Shown: positions 9,085 to 18,803 of the stretch, in pieces
Layout of the letters: each line of letters opens with the position of its first letter
Position numbering within the stretch: the stretch's first letter is position 1
Source of the DNA: Shigella phage vB_SdyM_006
Length of the DNA stretch: 64,000 nucleotides
Sequence record: MK295204
Direction: 5' to 3' (one strand)
Position numbers and translations under genes: made by a program
Notes under the pieces: generated by a model
Told to the model about the DNA's origin: nothing
Seen by the model: only the letters and a program-made list of their open reading frames with translations
Databases searched by the model: none

Positions 9085-10956
9085 TTAGTCTAATTTATCA
9101 TTTAATATTGGTTTAGCAATATGTTTTGTTCTATGGATAACTTCTTTTTGTTTACCTTCGTTAAACCCACGAGAAGCAGGATTTCCAAGATATCCACAGG
9201 TACGACGGACAACAGACATTTTCTTTACATCCATTTCACCACATTTTGGACATTTAAACCCATTTTCTGTAGGAATAAATTCTCCATGGAATTCACATGT
9301 AAAGCATTGGTCAACAGGAGTATTTGTTCCAAAATAATCTAGATTTTCTACAGCATAATCCCAGACCTGTTCTAATGCATCAAGATTATCCTTCATATTA
9401 GGGAGCTCAACATAAGAAATATGACCACCAGATGCAATACGGTGATAATCCTTTTCAAATTCAATTTTCTCAAATGGATTAACTTTACGTTCAACATCAA
9501 GATGGAAACTATTTGTGTACCAACCTTTATCTGTAATTCCTTTAACAGAACCAAATTCTGCTTTATCTAATTTGCAGAATCTGTGACATAAACTTTCTGC
9601 GGGAGTAGAATAAAGACTAAATGCATATCCAGTTTCTTCTTTCCATTTAGAAAGATAATAATTTATTTCTTTAAGAATATGTTTACCAAATTCTTGGGCT
9701 TCTTTATTATCAAATGGTTCATCATTAAAAATCAGTTTTAATGTTTCGTGTAAACCAATATATCCTAGCGAAATAGAACTTCGTCCATTTTTAAATAATG
9801 ATAATATTTCGTCATTAGGGTTCATACGAACACCAAAAGCGCCACCACAATATAAAATTGGAGCTACAGAAGCTTTTGCACCACGTAAAGAATCAATTCT
9901 AGTCATAAGAGCAGTATAACAGAGGCCAAGACGATCTCTCAATGATTGGATATATGATTCTTTAGATAAATTGTCACTACCTAATTCCAGGGCTATTCTA
10001 GGAAGATTTAATGTGACTACACCTAGATTATTGCGTCCATCTAAAATTTCTTTGCCATTTTCTTTATAGACACTTAAAAAAGATCTACACCCCATAGGAG
10101 AAACTGGGACCGAACTACCGGTTATTTCTTTATTAATTTTAGACGAAATAATATCTGGGTACATTCTTTTAGCTGAACATTCTAATGCTAATTTTTTAAT
10201 AAAATAATTAGGGTCTTCAGGTTTAAGATTAATTCCTTCTTCAATAAAGAAGACTAATTTAGGAAATATCGCAGTTACTTCATCTTTGCCTAAGCCTTTA
10301 ATTCTATTTTTAAGAATAGCTTCTTGGATAACTGTGCCGGCCCATGAAGTAGAAGTTCCAAAAGAAATAGTCACAAATGGCGTTTGTCCATTAGAGCTAA
10401 AAAGCGTATTTATTTCATATTCATACGCTTGGAAAGCGTCATAAACATCTTTTTCTGTCTTCTTCATAGCATAATCTTCCCAATCAGGAATACGCCATTC
10501 AAAAGCTTCATTAAGATGTTTTTGGTATGTAGCTTCTACGTAAGGCTCAAGAACAACATCAACATTTGCAAATGTTGTTCCACCATATTGATGAGAAGCA
10601 ACTTGGGCTGTGACTTGGGCCATAATTGCACAAGCTACACCAATTGATTTAGGTGTTTCTATTTCCGCGTTACCAAGCTTAAATCCATTTTCAAACATGC
10701 CTTTTAAATCAACTAAACAACAATTTGTAAAAGGCAGTGATACACTATAATCTAAGTCATGATAATGAATAATACCTTTGTCGTGTGCTTCTACGACATT
10801 AGAAGGCAATCTACTACGAGCCACGTACTTGGAAGCAATTCCGGCCAGTAAGTCACGTTGAGTAGGAAAGACACCATAGGGCTTGTTTGCATTTTCTGTA
10901 GAAAGTTCATTTGATTCACGATTACATACCTCATTAATTTGAGAAATTAAGTTCAT
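9085..10956 (-). CDS. nrdD: Anaerobic ribonucleoside-triphosphate reductase NrdD (glycyl radical enzyme)
   Basis: 623 aa; C-terminal glycyl radical motif RTCGYLG and Zn-ribbon CxxC pairs; continuous ORF with no intron interruption. Confidence 0.95.
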   Translation of the reverse strand: MNLISQINEVCNRESNELSTENANKPYGVFPTQRDLLAGIASKYVARSRLPSNVVEAHDKGIIHYHDLDYSVSLPFTNCCLVDLKGMFENGFKLGNAEIETPKSIGVACAIMAQVTAQVASHQYGGTTFANVDVVLEPYVEATYQKHLNEAFEWRIPDWEDYAMKKTEKDVYDAFQAYEYEINTLFSSNGQTPFVTISFGTSTSWAGTVIQEAILKNRIKGLGKDEVTAIFPKLVFFIEEGINLKPEDPNYFIKKLALECSAKRMYPDIISSKINKEITGSSVPVSPMGCRSFLSVYKENGKEILDGRNNLGVVTLNLPRIALELGSDNLSKESYIQSLRDRLGLCYTALMTRIDSLRGAKASVAPILYCGGAFGVRMNPNDEILSLFKNGRSSISLGYIGLHETLKLIFNDEPFDNKEAQEFGKHILKEINYYLSKWKEETGYAFSLYSTPAESLCHRFCKLDKAEFGSVKGITDKGWYTNSFHLDVERKVNPFEKIEFEKDYHRIASGGHISYVELPNMKDNLDALEQVWDYAVENLDYFGTNTPVDQCFTCEFHGEFIPTENGFKCPKCGEMDVKKMSVVRRTCGYLGNPASRGFNEGKQKEVIHRTKHIAKPILNDKLD

Positions 10957-11423
10957 TTTAAAGATTTCCTTAAAGCTTTTTTGTATCTTTTAGTTAACTC
11001 GGTTTTTGTATCTGTTTCTAGATATTCAAATCCGTGTAATACCATTTCTTCTATCATTTCTTCTTTAGACAACCGAGAAAACTCTTTAGATTTGTCTATT
11101 ATATACTGTGGATGGATAGGATTTTCACTGCTGTCTTTTTTTAAGTAAAATAAAAGGTTCTCCATCCAATTAATATATTCTACTTTAGATTTTAGTCCTG
11201 AACGATTAAATTTATGCTTCAACTGTCCTTCTGCTGCATTACATAAAGGGCATAATAATCCACGAACTCTTCCAGCTTCAGGACCAGATAACGCATGGTC
11301 ATGGTCCAAATGATTTTTTTGAACATCTTTATCTAATTCTAAACGACAAATACAACAAAGGCCCTTTTGGGCCTTATATAATTTTTCTTTTTCTTGTTTA
11401 AATGATTTTCCGGATAATAACAT
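10953..11423 (-). CDS. 49: Endonuclease VII (Holliday junction resolvase) gp49
   Basis: 156 aa, near-colinear with T4 endo VII (CCICRLELDKDVQKNHLDHDH..GLLCPLCNAAEGQ). Confidence 0.9.
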   Translation of the reverse strand: MLLSGKSFKQEKEKLYKAQKGLCCICRLELDKDVQKNHLDHDHALSGPEAGRVRGLLCPLCNAAEGQLKHKFNRSGLKSKVEYINWMENLLFYLKKDSSENPIHPQYIIDKSKEFSRLSKEEMIEEMVLHGFEYLETDTKTELTKRYKKALRKSLK

Positions 11424-11462
11424 TATAACCCCTATAATTTATCATATAGAGGTATTTATTAA

Positions 11463-11717
11463 TCACCAAACCAAATATTGTGGAGTCAGCTTTTTAGTAT
11501 ACTTAATAAGATTTCTTATTTGTTTTCTTGTAGGTTTAACATCAAAAACATTTAAAGCCACACGTTCATGTGGATATTCACCCACTTTAACTTTTAATGT
11601 CCATCCTAAAACTATATGTGGAGCCATTTTACAATAAGAAATTTGTACCTTTACCGGATTTTTAGCATCATTACTTGAATACTGTATAATTGATGGTGTA
11701 TTAATTTCATAGCTCAT
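11463..11717 (-). CDS. Hypothetical protein
   Basis: 84-aa ORF between nrdC and 49. Confidence 0.45.
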   Translation of the reverse strand: MSYEINTPSIIQYSSNDAKNPVKVQISYCKMAPHIVLGWTLKVKVGEYPHERVALNVFDVKPTRKQIRNLIKYTKKLTPQYLVW

Positions 11718-11865
11718 AGCTCATAGTTCACCTGTCTCATACCATTTTTGTTCTTGCTCATCTGTATCAAAGAAACCTTCAAGTCCAGTAGGAAGAGCAC
11801 CCGAAATTCTACTTAGAAGGCTATATAATTTTTCGTTTTGGTCTTCTAAATAAGCAATACGATCT

Positions 11866-12138
11866 TTATCGTTCATTAATATATTCCTTAAATTTATCAA
11901 ATCCACCAATAGATTTATCATCAATAAAAATCTGTGGCATTGTTAATCCAACTTCTGAGCGTCGGTTTAAACGTTGTACTAATTCATCAATAACTTGTTT
12001 ATTAAGAACAGGTCCTTCAGATTCTGAAACAGGAATAAAAGTATATTCGAGTTTTTTAACATCTGCTAATCGTTTAGCGTTAATACATGGAACACATTTA
12101 AAGTGTTTAGGGTCAAATCCGTAAATTTCTATTTTCAT
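11866..12138 (-). CDS. nrdC: Thioredoxin/glutaredoxin NrdC
   Basis: 90 aa with CVPC active site; resembles T4 NrdC. Confidence 0.8.
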   Translation of the reverse strand: MKIEIYGFDPKHFKCVPCINAKRLADVKKLEYTFIPVSESEGPVLNKQVIDELVQRLNRRSEVGLTMPQIFIDDKSIGGFDKFKEYINER

Positions 12139-12404
12139 TTAGATACTGCCATTCTTGTTAATACTGCAGGTAAAGTGAATAATGTAATACTTGGGTGGTC
12201 GACCCAATCGATTTCTTCTACTTCGCCATCATCATCTACAATAGTTTCTTTAAAGAAATCGGCTTCACGAAAATATTGACCTGCAACAGAAGAAAATTGT
12301 TCGCGATTAAGGCCATATTTAGCTAGGGTTTCATCAGAAACTTCTTCATTAGTTAAAACATCAATAGAATGAAAATATTTAGATTTTGTTCTTGTTACTT
12401 GCAT
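12135..12404 (-). CDS. Hypothetical acidic protein
   Basis: 89-aa ORF coupled to nrdC. Confidence 0.45.
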   Translation of the reverse strand: MQVTRTKSKYFHSIDVLTNEEVSDETLAKYGLNREQFSSVAGQYFREADFFKETIVDDDGEVEEIDWVDHPSITLFTLPAVLTRMAVSK

Positions 12405-12414
12405 ATAAATGACC

Positions 12415-12639
12415 TTATTTAATTAAAAAATTGACATAACGTTTACACACGGTATGGATAAAAATAAACACATTTGAAATGATAGTGAGAGTAAAAATTA
12501 ATGGCCACAACAATAAAAGTATAACAAAAGCCTGTACAGGGCTCTCGATATCCATTGTTTTTAATCTAGAATCAAATTTAAAACAAGCAGAAGCTATAAC
12601 GAAAGATACTACAATATAACTAATAATATACAATAGCAT
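12415..12639 (-). CDS. Small membrane protein
   Basis: 74 aa with two hydrophobic segments. Confidence 0.45.
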   Translation of the reverse strand: MLLYIISYIVVSFVIASACFKFDSRLKTMDIESPVQAFVILLLLWPLIFTLTIISNVFIFIHTVCKRYVNFLIK

Positions 12640-12652
12640 TTTATTTCCTCAA

Positions 12653-12832
12653 TTAAAAAGTCATTTTGCAATGTCGACATTTATATTTTAAGTCTTTATA
12701 TTGCCATGATACTAATTGCACCTGGTTTGTCCCACACCCCGGACAGTGCGGAATATTTTTAGAAGCATCTTCACGACGCTTCACCATTTCTTCTACTTTT
12801 TCCCAATTAATAATATCTTTATGAAGAACCAT
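12653..12832 (-). CDS. Small zinc-ribbon protein (below ORF-track size cut-off)
   Basis: My own translation: about 59 aa with CPGC ... CRHC; fills the gap between flanking ORFs. Confidence 0.4.
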   Translation of the reverse strand: MVLHKDIINWEKVEEMVKRREDASKNIPHCPGCGTNQVQLVSWQYKDLKYKCRHCKMTF

Positions 12833-12834
12833 TA

Positions 12835-13830
12835 TTATTCCTTAAAATTGTAGTAGCTTTTTACTTCTTGTAAATAAACATCATGGATAAACTTATTCCA
12901 AAATTCTGTATCAACCTGTTTAGGCATACCATTTTTAGCAGCAATTATTGCTTTCTTTTCAACATCATCTACAATTGCTTCTAAATTCTGTTGAACGAGT
13001 TTAAAATCGATTTTACCTTGTTTGATATCTAATATTTGTCCTGACATTTTTAATGGCATAACTAAATCGCCAGTATCATAGATTTCGGCTAATTGTACAC
13101 CTGCTCTATATGCATGGCTTAAAGCTTTCCAATCAATACCTTCATTAGCTTCTGCTTTACGAGCTCGTTCGCCATAATTTTGTTCTAGTTTAACAAGAAC
13201 TTTGTTGAATTCAGCATTAGTGAGTGTATCTTGGAATTTTCGGTCTAATAGGCTATAAAATGTTTGTTTACCCGTTTTTTCATTTTCTGTGCTTGTCCAG
13301 AATGCAACACTTGATTTAGGAAGAGCACCTTTCATATGTTCTAAACGAATTGGTGCTCCATTATCAAACACAGGACCCCAGTCATTTGAAACTTTTAACG
13401 CAGCTCTTAACGCAGCTAATCTTGAACCTTTTACACCGTATTTCGATGCCTGTTTACGAACATATCCTAAATAGGCCTTCATATTAGTTGTATAAAATCT
13501 CGAACGATTATCTCTAATAAACCGCCATACTTCTGGTAAATCAGAATGAATGACCATTTGGTCTGGTGCATGGATTAAATCAAGCGCTACGGTTTCACCA
13601 GATGCCGCTAGGTTTAAAAAGTATTTTAACGAATATAATTCATGATCAACATCATCTGAAGTGTTCTTAGATGACCCAGGATTGGTATTCATGTTAAAAT
13701 GCTCTTTAACACGACATGAAATAATACTTTTGGCATCTGGAATATAAATTTCTTTATAATCTAAATCCGATTCTGGAGTACTAGTTCCATATAAATGAGA
13801 ACCAAATAAAATTTTTGCTACAGATTTCAT
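12835..13830 (-). CDS. Pol-beta-superfamily nucleotidyltransferase-like protein
   Basis: 331 aa; N-terminal FGSHLYGTSTPESDLDY fits the GS-x(9-13)-DxD NTase motif, with a later ALDLIH acidic motif. Confidence 0.65.
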   Translation of the reverse strand: MKSVAKILFGSHLYGTSTPESDLDYKEIYIPDAKSIISCRVKEHFNMNTNPGSSKNTSDDVDHELYSLKYFLNLAASGETVALDLIHAPDQMVIHSDLPEVWRFIRDNRSRFYTTNMKAYLGYVRKQASKYGVKGSRLAALRAALKVSNDWGPVFDNGAPIRLEHMKGALPKSSVAFWTSTENEKTGKQTFYSLLDRKFQDTLTNAEFNKVLVKLEQNYGERARKAEANEGIDWKALSHAYRAGVQLAEIYDTGDLVMPLKMSGQILDIKQGKIDFKLVQQNLEAIVDDVEKKAIIAAKNGMPKQVDTEFWNKFIHDVYLQEVKSYYNFKE

Positions 13831-13832
13831 TA

Positions 13833-14306
13833 TTATTCCTGTTCTTGTAAAGAATTAATAGTATCATTATAAATTCGTTTAGCTTTTTCTTTGTCCGAAA
13901 CGTATCCAAAAAGATAATCTAAAGCTTCTTTCGAAATATCTTGATACTTCACTTTCCACTCTTTGTAGTATTCGGTCAATTGCTGGTCTTTTTTAAACAA
14001 TTCATCTAATAAAGGAATGACTTTTTTATAATGGAAAATACAGGTTCCAATAACTTCCGAAATGTATTCATCTTTAACAGGAGTGCCAGACGTAATTAAA
14101 TTATCTGTGATTTGTAAATTAAAGAACGCTGTTTTGCAATCTGATAACACTGGATTGTTAAAAGCATACAAGTCTTCACATAATTCAGTTATTCGTTTTT
14201 CTGCTTTCTTTTGTTTTGCTGACGGGTTAACAAGCCCACCGAATAATTGGATTGGAGGATATTTTGCAATATTAGAAATAAAAGTTCTTTGTAATTGTAA
14301 AGACAT
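13833..14306 (-). CDS. Hypothetical protein
   Basis: 157-aa ORF coupled to the upstream NTase gene. Confidence 0.5.
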   Translation of the reverse strand: MSLQLQRTFISNIAKYPPIQLFGGLVNPSAKQKKAEKRITELCEDLYAFNNPVLSDCKTAFFNLQITDNLITSGTPVKDEYISEVIGTCIFHYKKVIPLLDELFKKDQQLTEYYKEWKVKYQDISKEALDYLFGYVSDKEKAKRIYNDTINSLQEQE

Positions 14307-14315
14307 ACTTTATCC

Positions 14316-14534
14316 TTATAATAAAACCCATTTGCCATTGTAGTTATTATCATCATTATCTGTAGACACAATAAGATGATCACCGTCAGTCCAAAGTTTA
14401 ATTTTGTAAAGATCATCGCATATACGCCTAGCGTAGTAAATTCTGTTTTCTTCAATGCCATTAACTAAGTTATTATGGTCATCTTTATTACTAATACAGC
14501 CTAATTTAACTAATTGTGTCATTCTTTCATCCAT
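14316..14534 (-). CDS. Hypothetical protein
   Basis: 72-aa ORF. Confidence 0.4.
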   Translation of the reverse strand: MDERMTQLVKLGCISNKDDHNNLVNGIEENRIYYARRICDDLYKIKLWTDGDHLIVSTDNDDNNYNGKWVLL

Positions 14535-14752
14535 CCATACACAGAATATTTAATTTTAAAATCCATTTCTTCAGAATATGTATATGACTGTGTCATTCTA
14601 TTATACTCAACAACTATATCTTTAGCGTTTGGATTTGAAAAAATAGCTACAGGATTTAATCCCATAGCAGAATAAACAACATCACTTTTAAATTTATAAT
14701 CTAAGCCATTAACTTTGTATACTTTATTTTCTTTTAACATTGTGGTTCCCAT
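14519..14752 (-). CDS. Hypothetical protein
   Basis: 77-aa ORF. Confidence 0.4.
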   Translation of the reverse strand: MGTTMLKENKVYKVNGLDYKFKSDVVYSAMGLNPVAIFSNPNAKDIVVEYNRMTQSYTYSEEMDFKIKYSVYGWMKE

Positions 14753-15312
14753 TTTAAATTAAAGGCGTCCATTGCTGTGTTATCGGAGCTGCGAATAAGA
14801 ATTGGTTCTTTATCGTCTTCTTGTATTAATACAGTCTTATCTGTTAAATACAAAACTTTAAATTGTTTGCCTTTATTCGAAGTGATAACATCATCTTCTT
14901 TAAGTTGTACCCAAGAATAGCCTTTAGTTTCTTTTGACCAGGTCATATCGGATAAATTAATCGGATTATTATTTTTATAAACTGTCAAAATCATATTTGC
15001 AGGAATTATAATAGACCCTGAAGAAATAAACTCATATAAATTGACACCTTTAAAAGATGACATGATGTTCCCAAGAACAGCACCAGAGCTAAATTGTTTA
15101 GAAATCACGCTTATTGTATCTCTTAAAGGACTTACATAAATTACTTTGGCCTTAAGACGAAATGGAAGAGCAGTGTTTTGATATAAAGGGGCCCACATAT
15201 CTATAGGGTCTTTAATTGGCTTTTCTGATAAAATAATTTCAATTTGATCATCTTCTTTTAAATGAACCGCTGTTTTAGTTGTAGTTCCGTATTTACTTTG
15301 TAAAATAGCCAT
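14734..15312 (-). CDS. Hypothetical protein
   Basis: 192-aa ORF. Confidence 0.5.
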   Translation of the reverse strand: MAILQSKYGTTTKTAVHLKEDDQIEIILSEKPIKDPIDMWAPLYQNTALPFRLKAKVIYVSPLRDTISVISKQFSSGAVLGNIMSSFKGVNLYEFISSGSIIIPANMILTVYKNNNPINLSDMTWSKETKGYSWVQLKEDDVITSNKGKQFKVLYLTDKTVLIQEDDKEPILIRSSDNTAMDAFNLKWEPQC

Positions 15313-15482
15313 TATGCACCTTGATATACTTGTTCAATAATTAATTTAAGTTTTAATGCATCTTCTTTAGATAAAACAACAAGGTCATCATCTTGTTCAA
15401 TAATAAAATTATCGGTTTTATCTGAAATGCCTGCTTTAAAATCATCACTAATAAATTTATTTCCAATCCACATAATTTCTCC

Positions 15483-15500
15483 AAAAAAGGCCTTTCGGCC
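15483..15500 (-). terminator. Hairpin GGCC-TTTC-GGCC plus U-run on minus strand
   Basis: Read directly; just after the stop of the 15506-16228 gene. Confidence 0.45.
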
Positions 15501-15505
15501 TTGTA

Positions 15506-16228
15506 TTATTTAAATTCGATAAAGTTACAATGTTTGCCTTTAAAAGATTCATGGATTTCTTCAGTTAAAGATTTCTCACGTAATTCAATATCTTTTTTGA
15601 TATTAGTATGTTCTAAACGAGCTTTAAGTTTTCTTTGTGCAATCTTTTTAGGGATATAATCACAGAATAGCCAAACACCGCCAACAATAATGACAAACAC
15701 AAGACAACATACAACTGCAAATAGAATAGCACCTAGAATATAAGCACCGATTGTTAATCCAGTTCCAAGAGTAATACCATAATAAGTAAGAATATTAATT
15801 AATGCTGTTCCACCTAAAGAACCAAAAGCACCACATAAAGCAGCAATAAGGAATGTAAAGAACAAACTTCGACCTAATAAATTCCAGAAATACCCACAGA
15901 TGCTTTTTGGCATACTAGCTTTAGGTGTAATTAATTTAGTTAATTTATAGTGCCAAGTATCTTTTTTAATTTCAATTTTCGGTGCAACAGAAGATAATCT
16001 GATGTCAACAATATCATTACCCCAGATATGATACTCATTATCAATAACTTTAAAATCTGTATTAACAATATAGCCATTTGAAAATACAAAGATATCGTGT
16101 TTATTAGATTTAGCGAGTTCAATTAAATTATTTGCAATTATAGATGCTTCTTCTTTAGTGGCCCATTCAGAATTAATACGGTGCCATTTAGGAGTTTCGG
16201 TATTAATTAAAAGTTCAATAGTATACAT
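15506..16228 (-). CDS. Membrane protein (soluble N-domain plus two TM helices plus charged C-tail)
   Basis: 240 aa; long hydrophobic stretches LFFTFLIAALCGAFGSLGG and GAILFAVVCCLVFVIIVGGVWLF. Confidence 0.55.
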   Translation of the reverse strand: MYTIELLINTETPKWHRINSEWATKEEASIIANNLIELAKSNKHDIFVFSNGYIVNTDFKVIDNEYHIWGNDIVDIRLSSVAPKIEIKKDTWHYKLTKLITPKASMPKSICGYFWNLLGRSLFFTFLIAALCGAFGSLGGTALINILTYYGITLGTGLTIGAYILGAILFAVVCCLVFVIIVGGVWLFCDYIPKKIAQRKLKARLEHTNIKKDIELREKSLTEEIHESFKGKHCNFIEFK

Positions 16229-16446
16229 TATATTTCCTTAAAAGAGTTTAGTAAAGCTTTAAATCTACGAAGTTCATCAATATCTGCACCAGAAGTTATA
16301 ACACCACTAAATTCAAAAGCATAGTCAAATTCGTCTTTATATTTGTGTTGAATTAAAACTGTTTGACGACGATTTAACGGTCCATAATTAATAATGCGTT
16401 TTGTTCTAACAGGAACACCTTCGGTAATTTCAGTTTTTATTTCCAT
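16228..16446 (-). CDS. Hypothetical protein
   Basis: 72-aa ORF. Confidence 0.4.
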   Translation of the reverse strand: MEIKTEITEGVPVRTKRIINYGPLNRRQTVLIQHKYKDEFDYAFEFSGVITSGADIDELRRFKALLNSFKEI

Positions 16447-16708
16447 CTCGGTTCTCTAGCTCTGTCTCTGGTAAACAAGAAATGCCAGAAGAAGCGTTTT
16501 GATATGAGGCCATGACCCAACATGTCACTTTATACTCAGAATCTTTAATTTTAAAAATAGTTGGCTCATACTCAAACTTGTACCAGCCGGATTTAGATTT
16601 AAGGCTGATTGATGTTGTCTTTACATCTAAGACATCTAATGTTTTTTGTTTATCTTCGGCATAAGCACTAACAGATAAAGCAACTAACAAAGCAATTAAG
16701 TACTTCAT
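16430..16708 (-). CDS. Secreted/periplasmic small protein
   Basis: 92 aa with N-terminal signal peptide MKYLIALLVALSVSAYA. Confidence 0.5.
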   Translation of the reverse strand: MKYLIALLVALSVSAYAEDKQKTLDVLDVKTTSISLKSKSGWYKFEYEPTIFKIKDSEYKVTCWVMASYQNASSGISCLPETELENRDGNKN

Positions 16709-16915
16709 TTAAAGCCCTTTATTCTTAATAAAATGAGTATTCCATGTATTTGAATTGAATGCCCAGATTAAAATAGCAAGCCATCCAAAAACAGTCCATC
16801 CAAAAACAAAGTTAGCAATAAAAATAGAAGTCTTTGCACAATGATCTCTGTACCATGCCACAAAGAATGGTAAAAAATAAACAACAACTAAAGCTATCAG
16901 AGTTAAAAGTTCCAT
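16709..16915 (-). CDS. Small membrane protein (two TM)
   Basis: 68 aa, two hydrophobic helices. Confidence 0.45.
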   Translation of the reverse strand: MELLTLIALVVVYFLPFFVAWYRDHCAKTSIFIANFVFGWTVFGWLAILIWAFNSNTWNTHFIKNKGL

Positions 16916-17109
16916 TACTGTTCCTTTTTAATTAAACGAGATGCATAAGGAATTTCGTCATTAAATTTAATAAAACGTTCTTTTTCAATGAGAAGTCCAA
17001 GACCATAAACAACTATACCAGTTAAACCAGTATACATAACAATATACTCCATAGATTCAACAATAATTGTATCACCTATGTTAATAAGACCTAATTCTGA
17101 TAGCTTCAT
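16915..17109 (-). CDS. Small membrane protein
   Basis: 64 aa with one hydrophobic segment. Confidence 0.4.
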   Translation of the reverse strand: MKLSELGLINIGDTIIVESMEYIVMYTGLTGIVVYGLGLLIEKERFIKFNDEIPYASRLIKKEQ

Positions 17110-17110
17110 T

Positions 17111-17296
17111 TTAACCTCTATCTTTTAAAGATTGACGACGTTGGTCGTATTGATATTCTTGAACAAGACGTTCTATTTGTGACTGTGACAGAACTACACA
17201 ATCATGACCTTGGTCTAGCATATACGAACCAGATTCGGTAGATGTTACTCTTACATCTAAGTTTCTGTTTTTATTATCAACCAAATAAAAATGCAT
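17111..17296 (-). CDS. Hypothetical protein
   Basis: 61-aa ORF. Confidence 0.35.
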   Translation of the reverse strand: MHFYLVDNKNRNLDVRVTSTESGSYMLDQGHDCVVLSQSQIERLVQEYQYDQRRQSLKDRG

Positions 17297-17422
17297 TAAT
17301 CCTCCAGAAACTGCTTTTTATGTTTTTGTTTACGATTTGAATCTTGTTCACATTTCTTTTTATCTTTGTGAACTGAAGCACGATTAAAGTCGTGTTTAGC
17401 TACAAAATTATTTTGTTTCATA

Positions 17423-17686
17423 TTACCTCAACTGTGAGTCTTTAGAACCACGTCTGTTGTAATAAGATGTGGTTATAATATCATGACTTTCTTGACAAGT
17501 ACAACAATAATTACAATTTTTTATTATTTGTCTACGACGTTCAGGGATCTCTTCACCACAATCAAGACAGTATATATCATTATTTGAAGAAGAATTGAGC
17601 AGGCTTAACCTGGCCCACTCAATAGCATCTTTTATGATAGCTTCTTTAGTTGCAAAACTATCATCTGAAGGACCCCATCCGTTCAT
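17423..17686 (-). CDS. TraR/DksA-family C4 zinc-finger protein
   Basis: 87 aa; CLDCGEEIPERRRQIIKNCNYCCTC matches the CxxC-x17-CxxC DksA/TraR finger. Confidence 0.55.
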   Translation of the reverse strand: MNGWGPSDDSFATKEAIIKDAIEWARLSLLNSSSNNDIYCLDCGEEIPERRRQIIKNCNYCCTCQESHDIITTSYYNRRGSKDSQLR

Positions 17687-18001
17687 TTAAGCACCTATAA
17701 AAACCATCATTGCAGCAATAAGAACATTTTCATGAGAAGCCGATAAATCAAAAGTAAATGTAGTAGGGCCTACATGTTTAAGATTTTTATACGCAGCTGG
17801 GTTAAGATGTTCTTCAAAATTAATAGAAATATTGTGTTTGCTCATAATAGGTAAAGCTTGTTCAACGTTAAAACACGGATTAAAAATAATCCAAGAATCA
17901 CGAAGACGGATTTCAAAATTGTGCTTAAAGCAAACCACTTCCAGGCCTAATTTTTCTGCTACTTTTTTATTAAGATAAAATACATTTTCTGCACTAATCA
18001 T
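17687..18001 (-). CDS. Hypothetical protein
   Basis: 104-aa ORF. Confidence 0.45.
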   Translation of the reverse strand: MISAENVFYLNKKVAEKLGLEVVCFKHNFEIRLRDSWIIFNPCFNVEQALPIMSKHNISINFEEHLNPAAYKNLKHVGPTTFTFDLSASHENVLIAAMMVFIGA

Positions 18002-18570
18002 TTCTGCACCATAAAATTGTAAATAAATCGATAAACATCATCAGGGTTTTTCTGTTCCCAGATATCTAATTTTGGCTCATGGGAGACAATCTTCTGATAA
18101 TGATTGTGCACATTTAAATGATTTTGATGAAGCCAATTAACAAATGCTTGGCCAATTCGCTGAGTACCCTTATCAGCTTCTTTATCCCAATACATGTACC
18201 AATCATGCATGTCACAGTAATTTAAAAGTTTAGGGATGTCTTTTTGAAGAGAATCAATAAATTTTTGTTTTTCATGCGCAGATAATGCTTCGTAATCATC
18301 AAGAGTCATTGTGGGCTCACATTTTGTATTGCTGAATTTTAAAGCATCTACATACATATTAAAGGCTTTAACATTTTTATTTCCATTAAAACCTAAATCA
18401 TCAATGCAGACGGTTTTGACTTGTAGGTTATTAGTCAGAACAGAAATACTTCTGTTAGATGGATTCCAATGACTAACAACTTCATATTCAATAACATTTT
18501 TATTTTGGCCTGAAACACCAACATAAAACTTTTTACCGATATTTAAATCAGTCAGTTTAATACTAGACAT
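17998..18570 (-). CDS. Hypothetical protein (N-terminus resembles the 19228-19839 ORF)
   Basis: 190 aa; N-terminal K-L-x-DL-x-G-x-x-FYVG motif shared with the 19228-19839 product. Confidence 0.5.
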   Translation of the reverse strand: MSSIKLTDLNIGKKFYVGVSGQNKNVIEYEVVSHWNPSNRSISVLTNNLQVKTVCIDDLGFNGNKNVKAFNMYVDALKFSNTKCEPTMTLDDYEALSAHEKQKFIDSLQKDIPKLLNYCDMHDWYMYWDKEADKGTQRIGQAFVNWLHQNHLNVHNHYQKIVSHEPKLDIWEQKNPDDVYRFIYNFMVQK

Positions 18571-18803
18571 AAATCACCGTTTAAAGTTTTTAGAATGATA
18601 AGATTTATCTTGAGCAACTGGTAAGTCAAGAACGTCAGAAATACCAATTTTAGCTGGGCGAGCTGTCAGCCTATCTTGGACATCAACTTTCTTTTCAAAC
18701 TGACCAGCTAACAGGTAATATAAACGATCATTAGACATAATTCTCTCCATTTGTTTTAATGAGGCTATACTATTACAAAATATAGCCTTTGTACACTTAT
18801 TTT

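Noticed and set aside
9085-10956. Looked for a group I intron and intron-encoded endonuclease in nrdD, as in T4
   Set aside because: nrdD is one uninterrupted 623-aa ORF ending in the glycyl-radical motif; the only homing-endonuclease-like gene in the window is the GIY-YIG ORF in the tRNA cluster.
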